Positions 1 to 7,468 of a DNA stretch of 18,258 nt are shown piece by piece. Under the pieces are notes generated by a model. It had not been told where the DNA came from. It did no database searches and saw nothing but the letters and a program-made list of their open reading frames with translations. Made by a program: the position numbers and the translations under genes. Where the stretch lies: UHGV virus genome UHGV-0272440. One strand, written 5' to 3'. Each line of letters begins with the position of its first letter. Position 1 is the first letter of the stretch. This DNA is from a virus.

Positions 1-27
1 TCCTGATGAGCTAATGGCGGTATGTGA

Positions 28-103
28 TGGTGGCCCTTGCTGGATTTGAACCAGCGACCTGGCGATTATGAGTCGCTCGCTCTCACCACTGAGCTAAAGG
101 GCC
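28..103 (-). tRNA. tRNA with anticodon CAU, Ile2 (lysidine) type, resembling E. coli ileX and prophage ileZ
   Basis: Reverse complement of 28..103 is a 76-nt cloverleaf: acceptor stem GGCCCTT/AAGGGCC, D stem GCTC/GAGC, anticodon loop CTCATAA (anticodon CAT), T stem GCTGG/CCAGC with TTCAAAT loop, encoded CCA. Near-identical to my recollection of E. coli ileX. Lies downstream of Q in the late direction, where lambdoid phages carry ileZ-argN-argO. Confidence 0.88.
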
Positions 104-152
104 GGGAGCAGAATAATAATGGTGCGTAATTAATTCTGCAATCTCATCCGTT

Positions 153-1202
153 TCAAACGATTAAATCCTGAACTTCCCTGACTGTCTGCTCAAAACGTCC
201 GGTCTCCAGCTCAACACCAATTGCACGACGCCCAAGCGCCATAGCCGCCTTTATGGTTGAGCCAGAACCCATGAAGAAATCCGCCACCATGTCACCAGGA
301 CGACTGCTCGCGCTGATTATCTGCTGCAGCATTTCTGCCGGTTTTTCGCACGGATGTTTCCCGGGATAGAACTGCACCGGTTTATGTGTCCACACATCCG
401 TGTACGGCACCTGCGCCGTCACACCAAAATACCGCCGCAGATGCTTATATTCACTCTGCAGCTCCACATACTGCCGGTTCAGTGACGTATACGTATCCAC
501 CAGCTGGTGGTGGGGCTTTTCCAGTTCACCGCGCTGATGTTTCTCTTCTGCCACCCGGGCAAACAGCGACTGTAATTTCAGATAATCGCTTTCGTTCGGC
601 AACTGCCACTGACTGGCACTGAACCAGTGCGACACCATGTTTTTCTTTCCTGTGGCATCTGCAATCTGTTTTGCCGTTATCCCCAGGGCAGCGCGCGCAT
701 CACGAAAGTAAGCAATCAGCGGGGTCATCACATGCTGTTTCAGTTCCCTGCCCTTCGCCTCATACCCGGCATCTTTCGGACGATACGGCCCCTGATAATG
801 TTCCGCGAACAGAATGCGCTCTGTGGCGGGGAAATACGCCCGCAGGCTTTCCTTGTTGCATCCGTTCCAGCGTCCGGACGGCTTCGCCCAGATAATATGG
901 TTCAGCACACTGAAGCGTTCACGCATCATGATTTCGATATCAGATGCCAGGCGATGTCCACAGAACAGGTAAAGGCTTCCTGCAGGTTTTAACACCCGCC
1001 AGAACTGCGCCAGACAGTGGTCCAGCCACTTAAGGTAATCTTCGTCCCCTTTCCACTGATTGTCCCAGCCGTTGGGTTTCACCTTGAAGTACGGCGGATC
1101 GGTAACAATCAGGTCAATGGAATCATCAGGCAGGGACTGAATAAAATGCAGGCAATCAGCGTTGATTAAATCAACACTGTTTATTTTCACAGTGTTTTTC
1201 AT
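153..1202 (-). CDS. DNA methyltransferase, N6-adenine/N4-cytosine family (DPPY motif), orphan
   Basis: 349-aa ORF with motif IV 'IDLIVTDPPYF' near the N-terminus and an AdoMet-binding 'FFMGSGST' motif near the C-terminus (beta-class arrangement). ATG start at 1202. No restriction endonuclease partner nearby. Confidence 0.8.
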   Translation of the reverse strand: MKNTVKINSVDLINADCLHFIQSLPDDSIDLIVTDPPYFKVKPNGWDNQWKGDEDYLKWLDHCLAQFWRVLKPAGSLYLFCGHRLASDIEIMMRERFSVLNHIIWAKPSGRWNGCNKESLRAYFPATERILFAEHYQGPYRPKDAGYEAKGRELKQHVMTPLIAYFRDARAALGITAKQIADATGKKNMVSHWFSASQWQLPNESDYLKLQSLFARVAEEKHQRGELEKPHHQLVDTYTSLNRQYVELQSEYKHLRRYFGVTAQVPYTDVWTHKPVQFYPGKHPCEKPAEMLQQIISASSRPGDMVADFFMGSGSTIKAAMALGRRAIGVELETGRFEQTVREVQDLIV

Positions 1203-1352
1203 GGATCAGTAAGCGTAACTCTGGTAGGCTCACTCTGCTTTTGCGCTAAAGCAGTGGGCCGTGGTTCGCTTGTGACCAGTAAGCATGAGCGAATGGCTGG
1301 CAGGTGCTACCAACACCCACCAGCCGCCCATTTTCACAGCAGGAAACCGCCA

Positions 1353-1580
1353 TTACTGGCAGCGTCTGAATTTATTCCCGTACCCGCCGTTATCCTTCGC
1401 CAGACCCGCCAGAACTAACTGAGTCAGTATTAACTGGCACCGGGCTTCGCTTACTCCGGTAGTTCTCGTCATCATGCGTGGCGTTACCCACTTGTCAGCA
1501 GGTAAGAAATGAAGGACTGCGGCGGCGGTTTCTGTCATATCTTGCTGTTTTAGCATGTCTTTTTCCCTTCTTGTTAACAT
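1353..1580 (-). CDS. hypothetical small protein (75 aa) downstream of the late terminator
   Basis: ORF from ATG at 1580; no clear Shine-Dalgarno at the first ATG (a better one precedes the internal Met9). No recognisable family. Sits between tR' and the methyltransferase. Confidence 0.3.
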   Translation of the reverse strand: MLTRREKDMLKQQDMTETAAAVLHFLPADKWVTPRMMTRTTGVSEARCQLILTQLVLAGLAKDNGGYGNKFRRCQ

Positions 1581-1678
1581 GACATACCAATAACTCTTGT
1601 CTAAAAAGCCAGCAAGATAAAAAGTCAGTATTCACGACCACCAGCGTGTTTACTGTACTGCACCAAGTTTACAGGTAC

Positions 1679-1703
1679 AAAAAAACCCGCTCAGTGGCGG
1701 GTT
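1679..1703 (-). terminator. Rho-independent terminator, tR'-like, downstream of the late promoter
   Basis: On the minus strand: stem CCCGC (1697..1701), 6-nt loop, stem GCGGG (1686..1690), then a 7-nt U-run (1679..1685). Confidence 0.7.
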
Positions 1704-1737
1704 CTTAAATCTTATCAACGGTAGACATACAAAGCCC

Positions 1738-1778
1738 ATCGTTGTAAAAATCTTATCCATATTTTTTGAAAAACGCAA
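1738..1778 (-). promoter_or_regulatory. Late promoter pR'-like with initial-transcribed pause element (candidate Q engagement site)
   Basis: Minus strand reads TTGCGT (-35, 1773..1778) - 17 bp - TAAGAT (-10, 1750..1755), followed by AACGAT (1738..1743), the same hexamer I recall as the sigma70 pause-inducing element of lambda pR'. Located directly after the Q stop and about 40 nt before the terminator. Confidence 0.5.
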
Positions 1779-1809
1779 GCATCATGTCGTCATCTTCGGC
1801 GAAAACCAT

Positions 1810-2562
1810 TTATCTTGTCACCTTTCTCAATTGTATCTCTGCATATGCTTCTTCCTGCCAGCACTTTGTAACCAGTTTATCAATGACATCTGCATATCCT
1901 TTGTACCACTGATAATCCGTCAGGTCTGGTACCAGCTTCTGGACATGAAGCCGCGCCAGTGTGGTTGGTAAACGGCTAAACCGGTTTCCATTGCAACGCC
2001 CACAAACCTTATAAACAGGCGTGCCATGAAGCCGGGTTCTTTTTTCATCCAGGACAATACCTTTACCCTTACACCCTCTGCACGCTGTGCTGACTTCTCC
2101 CTTACCATGACAATGCTGACACAGTTCCTTCACCCACTCTTCCTTGATAACAGATTCCCCGCTTCTGGAGTGTTTCACCACTTCGCGCAATACATTATGA
2201 AATCCAGTACCAGCACAATGCTCACAGCGAGCCTTACTTGCCGCAGACCTGGAATAATCAGCAAAGGCAAAGTTCACAAGGTAAGGGATGATCTGTAACC
2301 GGGTTTCTTCACTCAATTTGTTCAATGTCGGGTTATCCAGTGCCATCGCGTAATTGAGCAGACCTTCAATCGCAAACTGAGGATCCTGAACACCAACTTT
2401 TGCCAGGAATAAGGCAAACCCAAGCGGTGCTTTCGACTGCACCATACCCTGCGCAGCCATTACATCCGTAATTGTTAAACCACCAGAGCCTGTCGCCGGT
2501 GCGTCATCGCTCAATTTTGGAGATTTCGGGGAGTAATATTTCGGTAAGGCTTCAAGGTTCAT
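1810..2562 (-). CDS. Late-gene antitermination protein Q (zinc-finger Q family, QuuQ/YdfT-like size)
   Basis: 250-aa ORF, ATG with GGAGA Shine-Dalgarno; four Cys pairs 'CEHCAGTG', 'CQHCHGKG', 'CRGCKGKG', 'CGRCNGN'; position immediately upstream of the pR'/tR' unit. Confidence 0.7.
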   Translation of the reverse strand: MNLEALPKYYSPKSPKLSDDAPATGSGGLTITDVMAAQGMVQSKAPLGFALFLAKVGVQDPQFAIEGLLNYAMALDNPTLNKLSEETRLQIIPYLVNFAFADYSRSAASKARCEHCAGTGFHNVLREVVKHSRSGESVIKEEWVKELCQHCHGKGEVSTACRGCKGKGIVLDEKRTRLHGTPVYKVCGRCNGNRFSRLPTTLARLHVQKLVPDLTDYQWYKGYADVIDKLVTKCWQEEAYAEIQLRKVTR

Positions 2563-2575
2563 GCTCGTTCTCCAC

Positions 2576-3571
2576 TTACGCCAGTACGCCTATTGCCAGC
2601 GCACGATCGATAAAACGAAATATCAGCTCCAGCTGGGAACCATACTTCTCTTCAAATGCCACGGTATCCGCATGCAGCTCGTCGTGATGCTTTCTGCACA
2701 AAGGCAACACAAAGAGGTCATGCGCTTTTGTTCCCATTCCACCCTGACCGTGACCTATCAGGTGGTGGGGATCATCAGCAGGCTTTCCACAACATGCGCA
2801 CGGCTGCGTCTTAACCCAGCGCGTGTACTTTTCATTAACCCAGCGGCGACGTTTTGGGCGTAACATAAAAGACTCCGGCGACTCCGGATCCACTTTCAGC
2901 GCCAGCACCTTTTTCGCTTTATCCTGGATGATGCTGGTGGCAGGAACCGAAGGCACAAGGTCACTCTCCCGGGTGACAGACGGCACAACAGGCTTCGGTA
3001 ATCTCAGTGCCTTACGGGCTGCGCTTTCCGGTAAGGCATCCGCCAGATCATTACGAACCAGCCACCAGCACAGTTCCGGCATTGTCACAACGTGACTATC
3101 ATCAAAACCGAGATCCCGACGCACAACAGATAACACCCAGCGGGCACAGTTATCCGTTGCCATTGATTCCAGCCGTTCCGTGAACTGATCGCGCAGCTGG
3201 TTATCGCAGTGCCAGCACAGACGGATTGCGCCCGGCGCGTGTCGCATTGTGGTCATGTTCTCGCTGTGCCAGTCGGAATGAGGCCACTGGCAGCCTTTTT
3301 CACGAAGTAACCAGCTTTCAAGACATTCCACGCCACCAGCACGACGAATCACTGCCTCATTGCGGAACACGGCCCGAACGGCAGGATCATCCGCCAGCGG
3401 TTGTGATGCCGCCGGAACGGCACCACTGGCGAAAGATGAATAACGTTCCGGCTCAGGCTCCAGCAGGACACGCCCCTGCATAAACAGGGGCATCAGCTCT
3501 GAACCTGGCCTGAACAATACGATCCCCATACGCGGGGCAATTTCAGGAGTCAGTAGTGCTCTCACGGTCAC
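2576..3571 (-). CDS. DUF968 (YdfU-like) protein with C-terminal HNH-like/zinc-binding motif
   Basis: 331-aa ORF; C-terminal 'CACCGKPADDPHHLIGHGQGGMGTKAHDLFVLPLCRKHHDELH' resembles an HNH/zinc-finger nuclease motif. GTG start at 3571 with no good Shine-Dalgarno, so the N-terminal boundary is uncertain. Confidence 0.55.
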   Translation of the reverse strand: MTVRALLTPEIAPRMGIVLFRPGSELMPLFMQGRVLLEPEPERYSSFASGAVPAASQPLADDPAVRAVFRNEAVIRRAGGVECLESWLLREKGCQWPHSDWHSENMTTMRHAPGAIRLCWHCDNQLRDQFTERLESMATDNCARWVLSVVRRDLGFDDSHVVTMPELCWWLVRNDLADALPESAARKALRLPKPVVPSVTRESDLVPSVPATSIIQDKAKKVLALKVDPESPESFMLRPKRRRWVNEKYTRWVKTQPCACCGKPADDPHHLIGHGQGGMGTKAHDLFVLPLCRKHHDELHADTVAFEEKYGSQLELIFRFIDRALAIGVLA

Positions 3572-3572
3572 C

Positions 3573-4382
3573 TCAATGAACGGTATCGAGCAGCTTTAAC
3601 AGCTCAGGGAATCGGGATTCGAAGAAATGCGGCTGCGTCTCGCGCGGATTTGCGGGACTGGTGATGTTCTTGCCGAACATGCAGCCTTTCGCCGTCAGCG
3701 ACCAGAATTTTTTGATGTTGTTAATCGCAGTGCGGCTGTATCGTTCACGTTGTTCAACGATCCCCAGCTTCGCCATCTGGTGATATGCCTGATTAGCTGT
3801 CAGGCGGATACCATACTGCTTCAGCAGTGCACTCAATGATAGCGTGGGGCGGCTTGAGCCATCAGGCGCGTCAGCAGGAGCATCAATGGCATAGCGCGGT
3901 GCCAGATTCGGTAAGCCAACAGCCTCCTGGAGTTTCTGACAGGCACCAAGCACTGAAGAGTTAGACAGGTTTAACTCCCGGCGCATAAAGTCCAGCAGGA
4001 TCACGCCAGCCTGCATCTTGTCAGCAGCCTGTCCGGATAATTTTTCCGGTGCGCTGGTTACCATATCGAAAGTACGGATCACCTTCAGATGGAATGACGG
4101 GCTGATCCACATTGCATAGGCATACACCAGTTCCTTGCAGACATACGTTCCCCGTTCATTTCCCCCATGAATCACACTCACCGGGTCAACACCCAAATTC
4201 TGGGTGTTGGTCAATTCATGAACAAGCTCAACAGTTTGTTGGCTGGAAAGAAACTTTCCCGGCTCCTTGGTTCTGGCATTTGCACCAGATGCTACTGCTG
4301 CGCGATGCAGATCGTTCAGGCTGTAACGCCCATAAGCATCACGACGAACTTCAATACCATCAATGACCATCAGATTATTCAT
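3573..4382 (-). CDS. KilA-N domain protein (antirepressor-like)
   Basis: N-terminal region 'IDGIEVRRDAYGRYSLNDLHRAAV...GTYVCKELVYAYAMWISPSFHLKVIRTF' matches the KilA-N fold family. Start set at the ATG at 4382 (AAGGAGA upstream) rather than the ATG at 4415, which overlaps rusA. Confidence 0.65.
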   Translation of the reverse strand: MNNLMVIDGIEVRRDAYGRYSLNDLHRAAVASGANARTKEPGKFLSSQQTVELVHELTNTQNLGVDPVSVIHGGNERGTYVCKELVYAYAMWISPSFHLKVIRTFDMVTSAPEKLSGQAADKMQAGVILLDFMRRELNLSNSSVLGACQKLQEAVGLPNLAPRYAIDAPADAPDGSSRPTLSLSALLKQYGIRLTANQAYHQMAKLGIVEQRERYSRTAINNIKKFWSLTAKGCMFGKNITSPANPRETQPHFFESRFPELLKLLDTVH

Positions 4383-4401
4383 ACTTCGTTTCTCCTTTTG
4401 C

Positions 4402-4791
4402 TCAGGCGGCTGCACCCGCCGTTTTCTCGTACTTACTGATAGTGATCTCGACCTTCCCTTCCGGGATAACCGGTCCCCACTCCACCAGCATTCTTTTCAC
4501 CTGACTGTCGTCTTCCCACACACCCGCGTGGGTCAGGGCGTCAAACAGCGCCTTGTTATAGTTGTCCAGATCGCGGATCCGGTTATCTGGAGGAAACAAC
4601 ACGATCGCCACTGAAGCAGGTGCCGACGTTGGTTTCGGCAGGCGACGTAACTGCTCAACTATTGCTGCGCACGCCGCGCTCTGGAATTTTCGCCCCGCCG
4701 CGCTTATCAGACTCTTACCAGCAAACGCCCCTTTGTTGGGGTGTCGCCAGTACGTGTTCACGCTGGGCGGAAAAGGCAGGATCAGCTTCAT
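4402..4791 (-). CDS. rusA: Holliday junction resolvase RusA
   Basis: 129-aa ORF with the RusA hallmarks 'LPFPPSVNTYWR' and acidic catalytic cluster 'RRDLDNYNKALFDALTHAGVWEDDSQV'. Start overlaps the upstream stop (ATGA). Confidence 0.85.
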   Translation of the reverse strand: MKLILPFPPSVNTYWRHPNKGAFAGKSLISAAGRKFQSAACAAIVEQLRRLPKPTSAPASVAIVLFPPDNRIRDLDNYNKALFDALTHAGVWEDDSQVKRMLVEWGPVIPEGKVEITISKYEKTAGAAA

Positions 4792-5114
4792 ACTTTCAGG
4801 TCCCTCTCATGTAACCAGTGGGTTGCACGCAGCCTTGCGTTTTCCTCACCGGCAAGCAGTGCGCGGATAATCCCGACCGCCTCGCTGTCGTCGTCCTTCA
4901 CCGCGGTATGAAGCGTTATCCCCCGGGCCACGCCACGCTTTATCGTGATGACGCCTTTTTTCTCCAGTGCGCGAAGATGCTCCACCGCTGCATTCACTGA
5001 ACGGTATCCCAGCATGGTTGCCACCTCCTGATTGGTTGGCGGGAAGCCACGTTCTTTCTGATAAGAAATCAGCATATCCAGCACCTGCTGCTGGCATTGA
5101 GTTAACGTCGTCAT
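4788..5114 (-). CDS. LexA N-terminal DNA-binding-domain protein lacking the S24 peptidase domain
   Basis: 108 aa; aligns with the LexA winged-helix region: 'LTQCQQQVLDMLISYQKERGFPPTNQEVATMLGYRSVNAAVEHLRALEKKGVITIKRGVARGI' versus LexA '[63 protein letters not shown]'. No Ser/Lys catalytic domain follows. Confidence 0.7.
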   Translation of the reverse strand: MTTLTQCQQQVLDMLISYQKERGFPPTNQEVATMLGYRSVNAAVEHLRALEKKGVITIKRGVARGITLHTAVKDDDSEAVGIIRALLAGEENARLRATHWLHERDLKV

Positions 5115-5764
5115 GCCGCCATCTCCCTGACCAGTTTTTCCGCCTGCTGGCGAACCTGCGCCAGAAACGCCTCACCACATGCCTCAAGTTCATCGCGCCC
5201 GATGTAGCTGATTGCCGGTCCCTTCCAGGTCTTGTCAAAAACAGCAATAGCACCAGCGAAAAAAGCTCCTGTCGGTACCTGCTTCTCGTCTTTCGGGATA
5301 AACCAGACAGGCAGTTCAAAACCAATACGCCCGCGAATAAAAGCAATATGATCTGCATCTTCCGGCCACCACACTTCGCTGGTGGCAGCTTTGATCAGGA
5401 AAACATAGCGCCCGCCCTTATCACGCATGGCACTGGCATGTTTCATGATGTAACGCATGCCGGTGATGTATTGCCCCTCATGCTGACTGGCGCGGCTGTA
5501 TGGGGGATTACCAAAGGCAGCACCTTTAAGCTCCGCAAGACGTTCTGACCAGTCATGCGCAAGCGCGTTGTCTTCCGCCGTGTAATACGCGGCACATTTG
5601 GCGTTATCACCGTCAGTGAACAGATCCAGAACAAACGGGCCAAACAGGGTGTTAATTCCCCAGAAAATGTTGTCCGGCGTGCGCCACTGATCGCCCACTT
5701 CCTTCAGTTCATGGGCTGGTTTGTTCCGCAGTTCCACCAGCGCCTGGCAATATTTATTACTCAT
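5111..5764 (-). CDS. Phage N6-adenine DNA methyltransferase (Dam-type, NPPY motif), orphan
   Basis: Contains 'WRTP' and 'FGNPPYS' motifs typical of the phage Dam family. Start set at the ATG at 5764, which overlaps the upstream stop (TAATG), rather than the ORF-track start at 5797. Confidence 0.8.
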   Translation of the reverse strand: MSNKYCQALVELRNKPAHELKEVGDQWRTPDNIFWGINTLFGPFVLDLFTDGDNAKCAAYYTAEDNALAHDWSERLAELKGAAFGNPPYSRASQHEGQYITGMRYIMKHASAMRDKGGRYVFLIKAATSEVWWPEDADHIAFIRGRIGFELPVWFIPKDEKQVPTGAFFAGAIAVFDKTWKGPAISYIGRDELEACGEAFLAQVRQQAEKLVREMAA

Positions 5765-6252
5765 TAAGCCCCCACGTAATTCCCTGACAGATACCACTCT
5801 TCACCCGATGCAGCGCGCTTGCTGCTTTTCCGTAAGCACCGCTCACGACGCGCCAGAAAATTGTTTCGTTCTGGCTGGGAGTGGCTTTCACGGAATGCCG
5901 CCATCCACACGGTTGCAGCACGACGGTATAAGCCCCTGGACTCCAGTTCTTCCGCCTGACGGGTCAGGCACAAAATCACACGGGGATCGTTAGTGCCGAC
6001 ATAGAAATTGCGCACAGGTCTGGTTTCACGAACTGGTTGTGGTTCCGGTTCCTGCGCTCTCTCAGTCAGGCGCGGGAAATGTCTGCGTGTATCTCCTTCA
6101 CAACGGTGAGCCACACGCCCACTCTGACGTAACTTGCTTGCTGACTGCAGAACGCGCTGCCGTGAGTAACCTGCAAAAGCATCCGCAATGTCTCCGGAAG
6201 TACACCCCGGATGGGCTTCAATGAATTTCTGAACTTCATTCAAAATACTCAT
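5764..6252 (-). CDS. Hypothetical regulator, N-terminal winged-helix-like with possible PerC-like C-terminal motif; YfdN-like by size and position
   Basis: ORF of about 162 aa. ATG at 6252 preceded by AGGGGG; the GTG at 6258 overlaps the upstream stop. Motif 'ELESRGLYRRAATVWMAAF' is reminiscent of PerC/Pch regulators; recalled from memory, low certainty. Confidence 0.45.
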   Translation of the reverse strand: MSILNEVQKFIEAHPGCTSGDIADAFAGYSRQRVLQSASKLRQSGRVAHRCEGDTRRHFPRLTERAQEPEPQPVRETRPVRNFYVGTNDPRVILCLTRQAEELESRGLYRRAATVWMAAFRESHSQPERNNFLARRERCLRKSSKRAASGEEWYLSGNYVGA

Positions 6253-6254
6253 AA

Positions 6255-7247
6255 TCACCCCCTGAATCCTGCCGGGATCTGGCTGTAGTCCACGTTGTCG
6301 TAACTGGCTTTGAAGTACGGGTCTTCGCGTTTTTCTGTGTACGTGCTGACGGACGGCGATAAGCGCAGGGAAAGCTCATCCCATTTTTCCCGCAGCTTCG
6401 ACGGGCTGAGCACGTTACGGCACCAGAACGGATCGCGGCTGACGCGGCTGTACATCTCGCAGATTTGTTTGTGAGTACGCCCATCCTGTACACACATCAG
6501 GCGAATTTCGTTTGCCCAGGCTGTCCAGTTCGGTTCTTTAGGACGTACCACTTCGCCGTCACATTCGGCGGCCTGCTCGTACAGAGCGATGATTTTTTTC
6601 CAGAGCCACTGTGCGCAGGTCAAATCATCCTGCGTTCCCCACTGGCGCTTTTTAGGGCTGAATACAACCGCATCAGGATGGCGAGTTAAAAAATCCTGTT
6701 CAGCCATCTGCGTGTCCGGTTGCGAAGCGTCCGGACGAGAAGAGGTTTTATTCTCTGTAGTAATCTCTGTTGTATTCTCTGTAAGATCATTGGGCCATTT
6801 TGACCCGATGACAGCGTGTCGTTTTGAACCAATGGATCGTGTCATTTTGCGCTCATCCATCAGGTCACTTTGACCCGATGGAGAGGTGCATTTTGACCTG
6901 ATGGATTCGTTCACTTTGACCTCTTCTAAAAGCTCACTTTCATAGTTGATCGTGTAGAAGTTGGTCATGTCACGCTTCGATTTATTGAGTTGCTCGCGAC
7001 GCAAAACCCCAAGTGATTTCAGGCTTGCAAATGTGCGTTTCAGAGTGGACTCTGACCAGAACGGAAACTGCTCCAGCCACTGTTCTGTCGTGTTATAAAC
7101 CCAGCGAATTCCGCCATGCTCAGTGCCTGAATTCGTTTCATTCAGCCAGTAATGAAGCTGCTGCAACACAATTGCCTCATTCAGACCAATACGGCATGCA
7201 AGATCACGATTTATCACAATGGGCTGGGATGTCATTAACAGGCTCAT
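6255..7247 (-). CDS. Phage replication initiation protein (O-like functional analogue) containing ori iterons
   Basis: 330-aa ORF with GGAGG Shine-Dalgarno; N-terminal helix-turn-helix-like region; 6 to 7 direct repeats embedded in the coding sequence (lambda O/ori arrangement). The called product is positional and architectural, not a homology match. Confidence 0.6.
   Translation of the reverse strand: MSLLMTSQPIVINRDLACRIGLNEAIVLQQLHYWLNETNSGTEHGGIRWVYNTTEQWLEQFPFWSESTLKRTFASLKSLGVLRREQLNKSKRDMTNFYTINYESELLEEVKVNESIRSKCTSPSGQSDLMDERKMTRSIGSKRHAVIGSKWPNDLTENTTEITTENKTSSRPDASQPDTQMAEQDFLTRHPDAVVFSPKKRQWGTQDDLTCAQWLWKKIIALYEQAAECDGEVVRPKEPNWTAWANEIRLMCVQDGRTHKQICEMYSRVSRDPFWCRNVLSPSKLREKWDELSLRLSPSVSTYTEKREDPYFKASYDNVDYSQIPAGFRG
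6795..6945. repeat. Iteron array (candidate replication origin) inside the initiator gene
   Basis: Direct repeats with consensus about CAYTTTGACCYGATGG: 'ccattttgacccgatg' (6795..6810), 'tcactttgacccgatgg' (6865..6881), 'gcattttgacctgatgg' (6888..6904), 'tcactttgacctc' (6911..6923), plus degenerate copies near 6819..6835, 6842..6858 and 6933..6945. Confidence 0.75.
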
Positions 7248-7468
7248 GCCGCACCTCCGAGATGCTTCATGTTTTTTCCGGAGCGAAAGGCTATAAGCGG
7301 CATACTGACGCGGTAATTACGGCCCAGCGGTTCACAAATCACCTTCTGGCATTCACGGTCAACCAGGCTAACACGTAGAACATGCCCTGCAGGCGTGGTG
7401 TACCACTGACCCGGACGAGGACAACGGAAAGTATGATTGGTAAACCGTTTGAAAATATTCCGGATCAT
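7244..7468 (-). CDS. hypothetical small protein (74 aa), translationally coupled on both sides
   Basis: ATG at 7468 overlaps the upstream stop (ATGA) and its own stop overlaps the initiator ATG (ATGA). No recognisable family. Confidence 0.4.
   Translation of the reverse strand: MIRNIFKRFTNHTFRCPRPGQWYTTPAGHVLRVSLVDRECQKVICEPLGRNYRVSMPLIAFRSGKNMKHLGGAA

Noticed and set aside
28-103. tRNA as the prophage integration site (attL/attR)
   Set aside because: The prophage genes lie on the 5' side of the tRNA; integration into a tRNA normally places the prophage at the 3' end. The position downstream of Q fits a phage-encoded tRNA instead.
386-992. Plus-strand ORFs (386..622, 627..992, 671..895) inside the methyltransferase gene
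   Set aside because: They lie antisense to a well-supported 349-aa methyltransferase ORF, have Pro/Ser/Arg-rich low-complexity translations and no ribosome-binding sites; typical alternative-frame artefacts.
4846-5548. Long ORFs 4846..5358 (minus) and 4967..5548 (plus) overlapping the LexA-domain and Dam genes
   Set aside because: Arg/Gly/Pro-rich translations in alternative frames of well-supported, translationally coupled genes; no independent start signals.
5764-5797. ORF-track start at 5797 for the Dam-type methyltransferase
   Set aside because: It would overlap the upstream gene by 34 bp; the in-frame ATG at 5764 forms a TAATG stop-start junction with the upstream gene and gives the expected family length.
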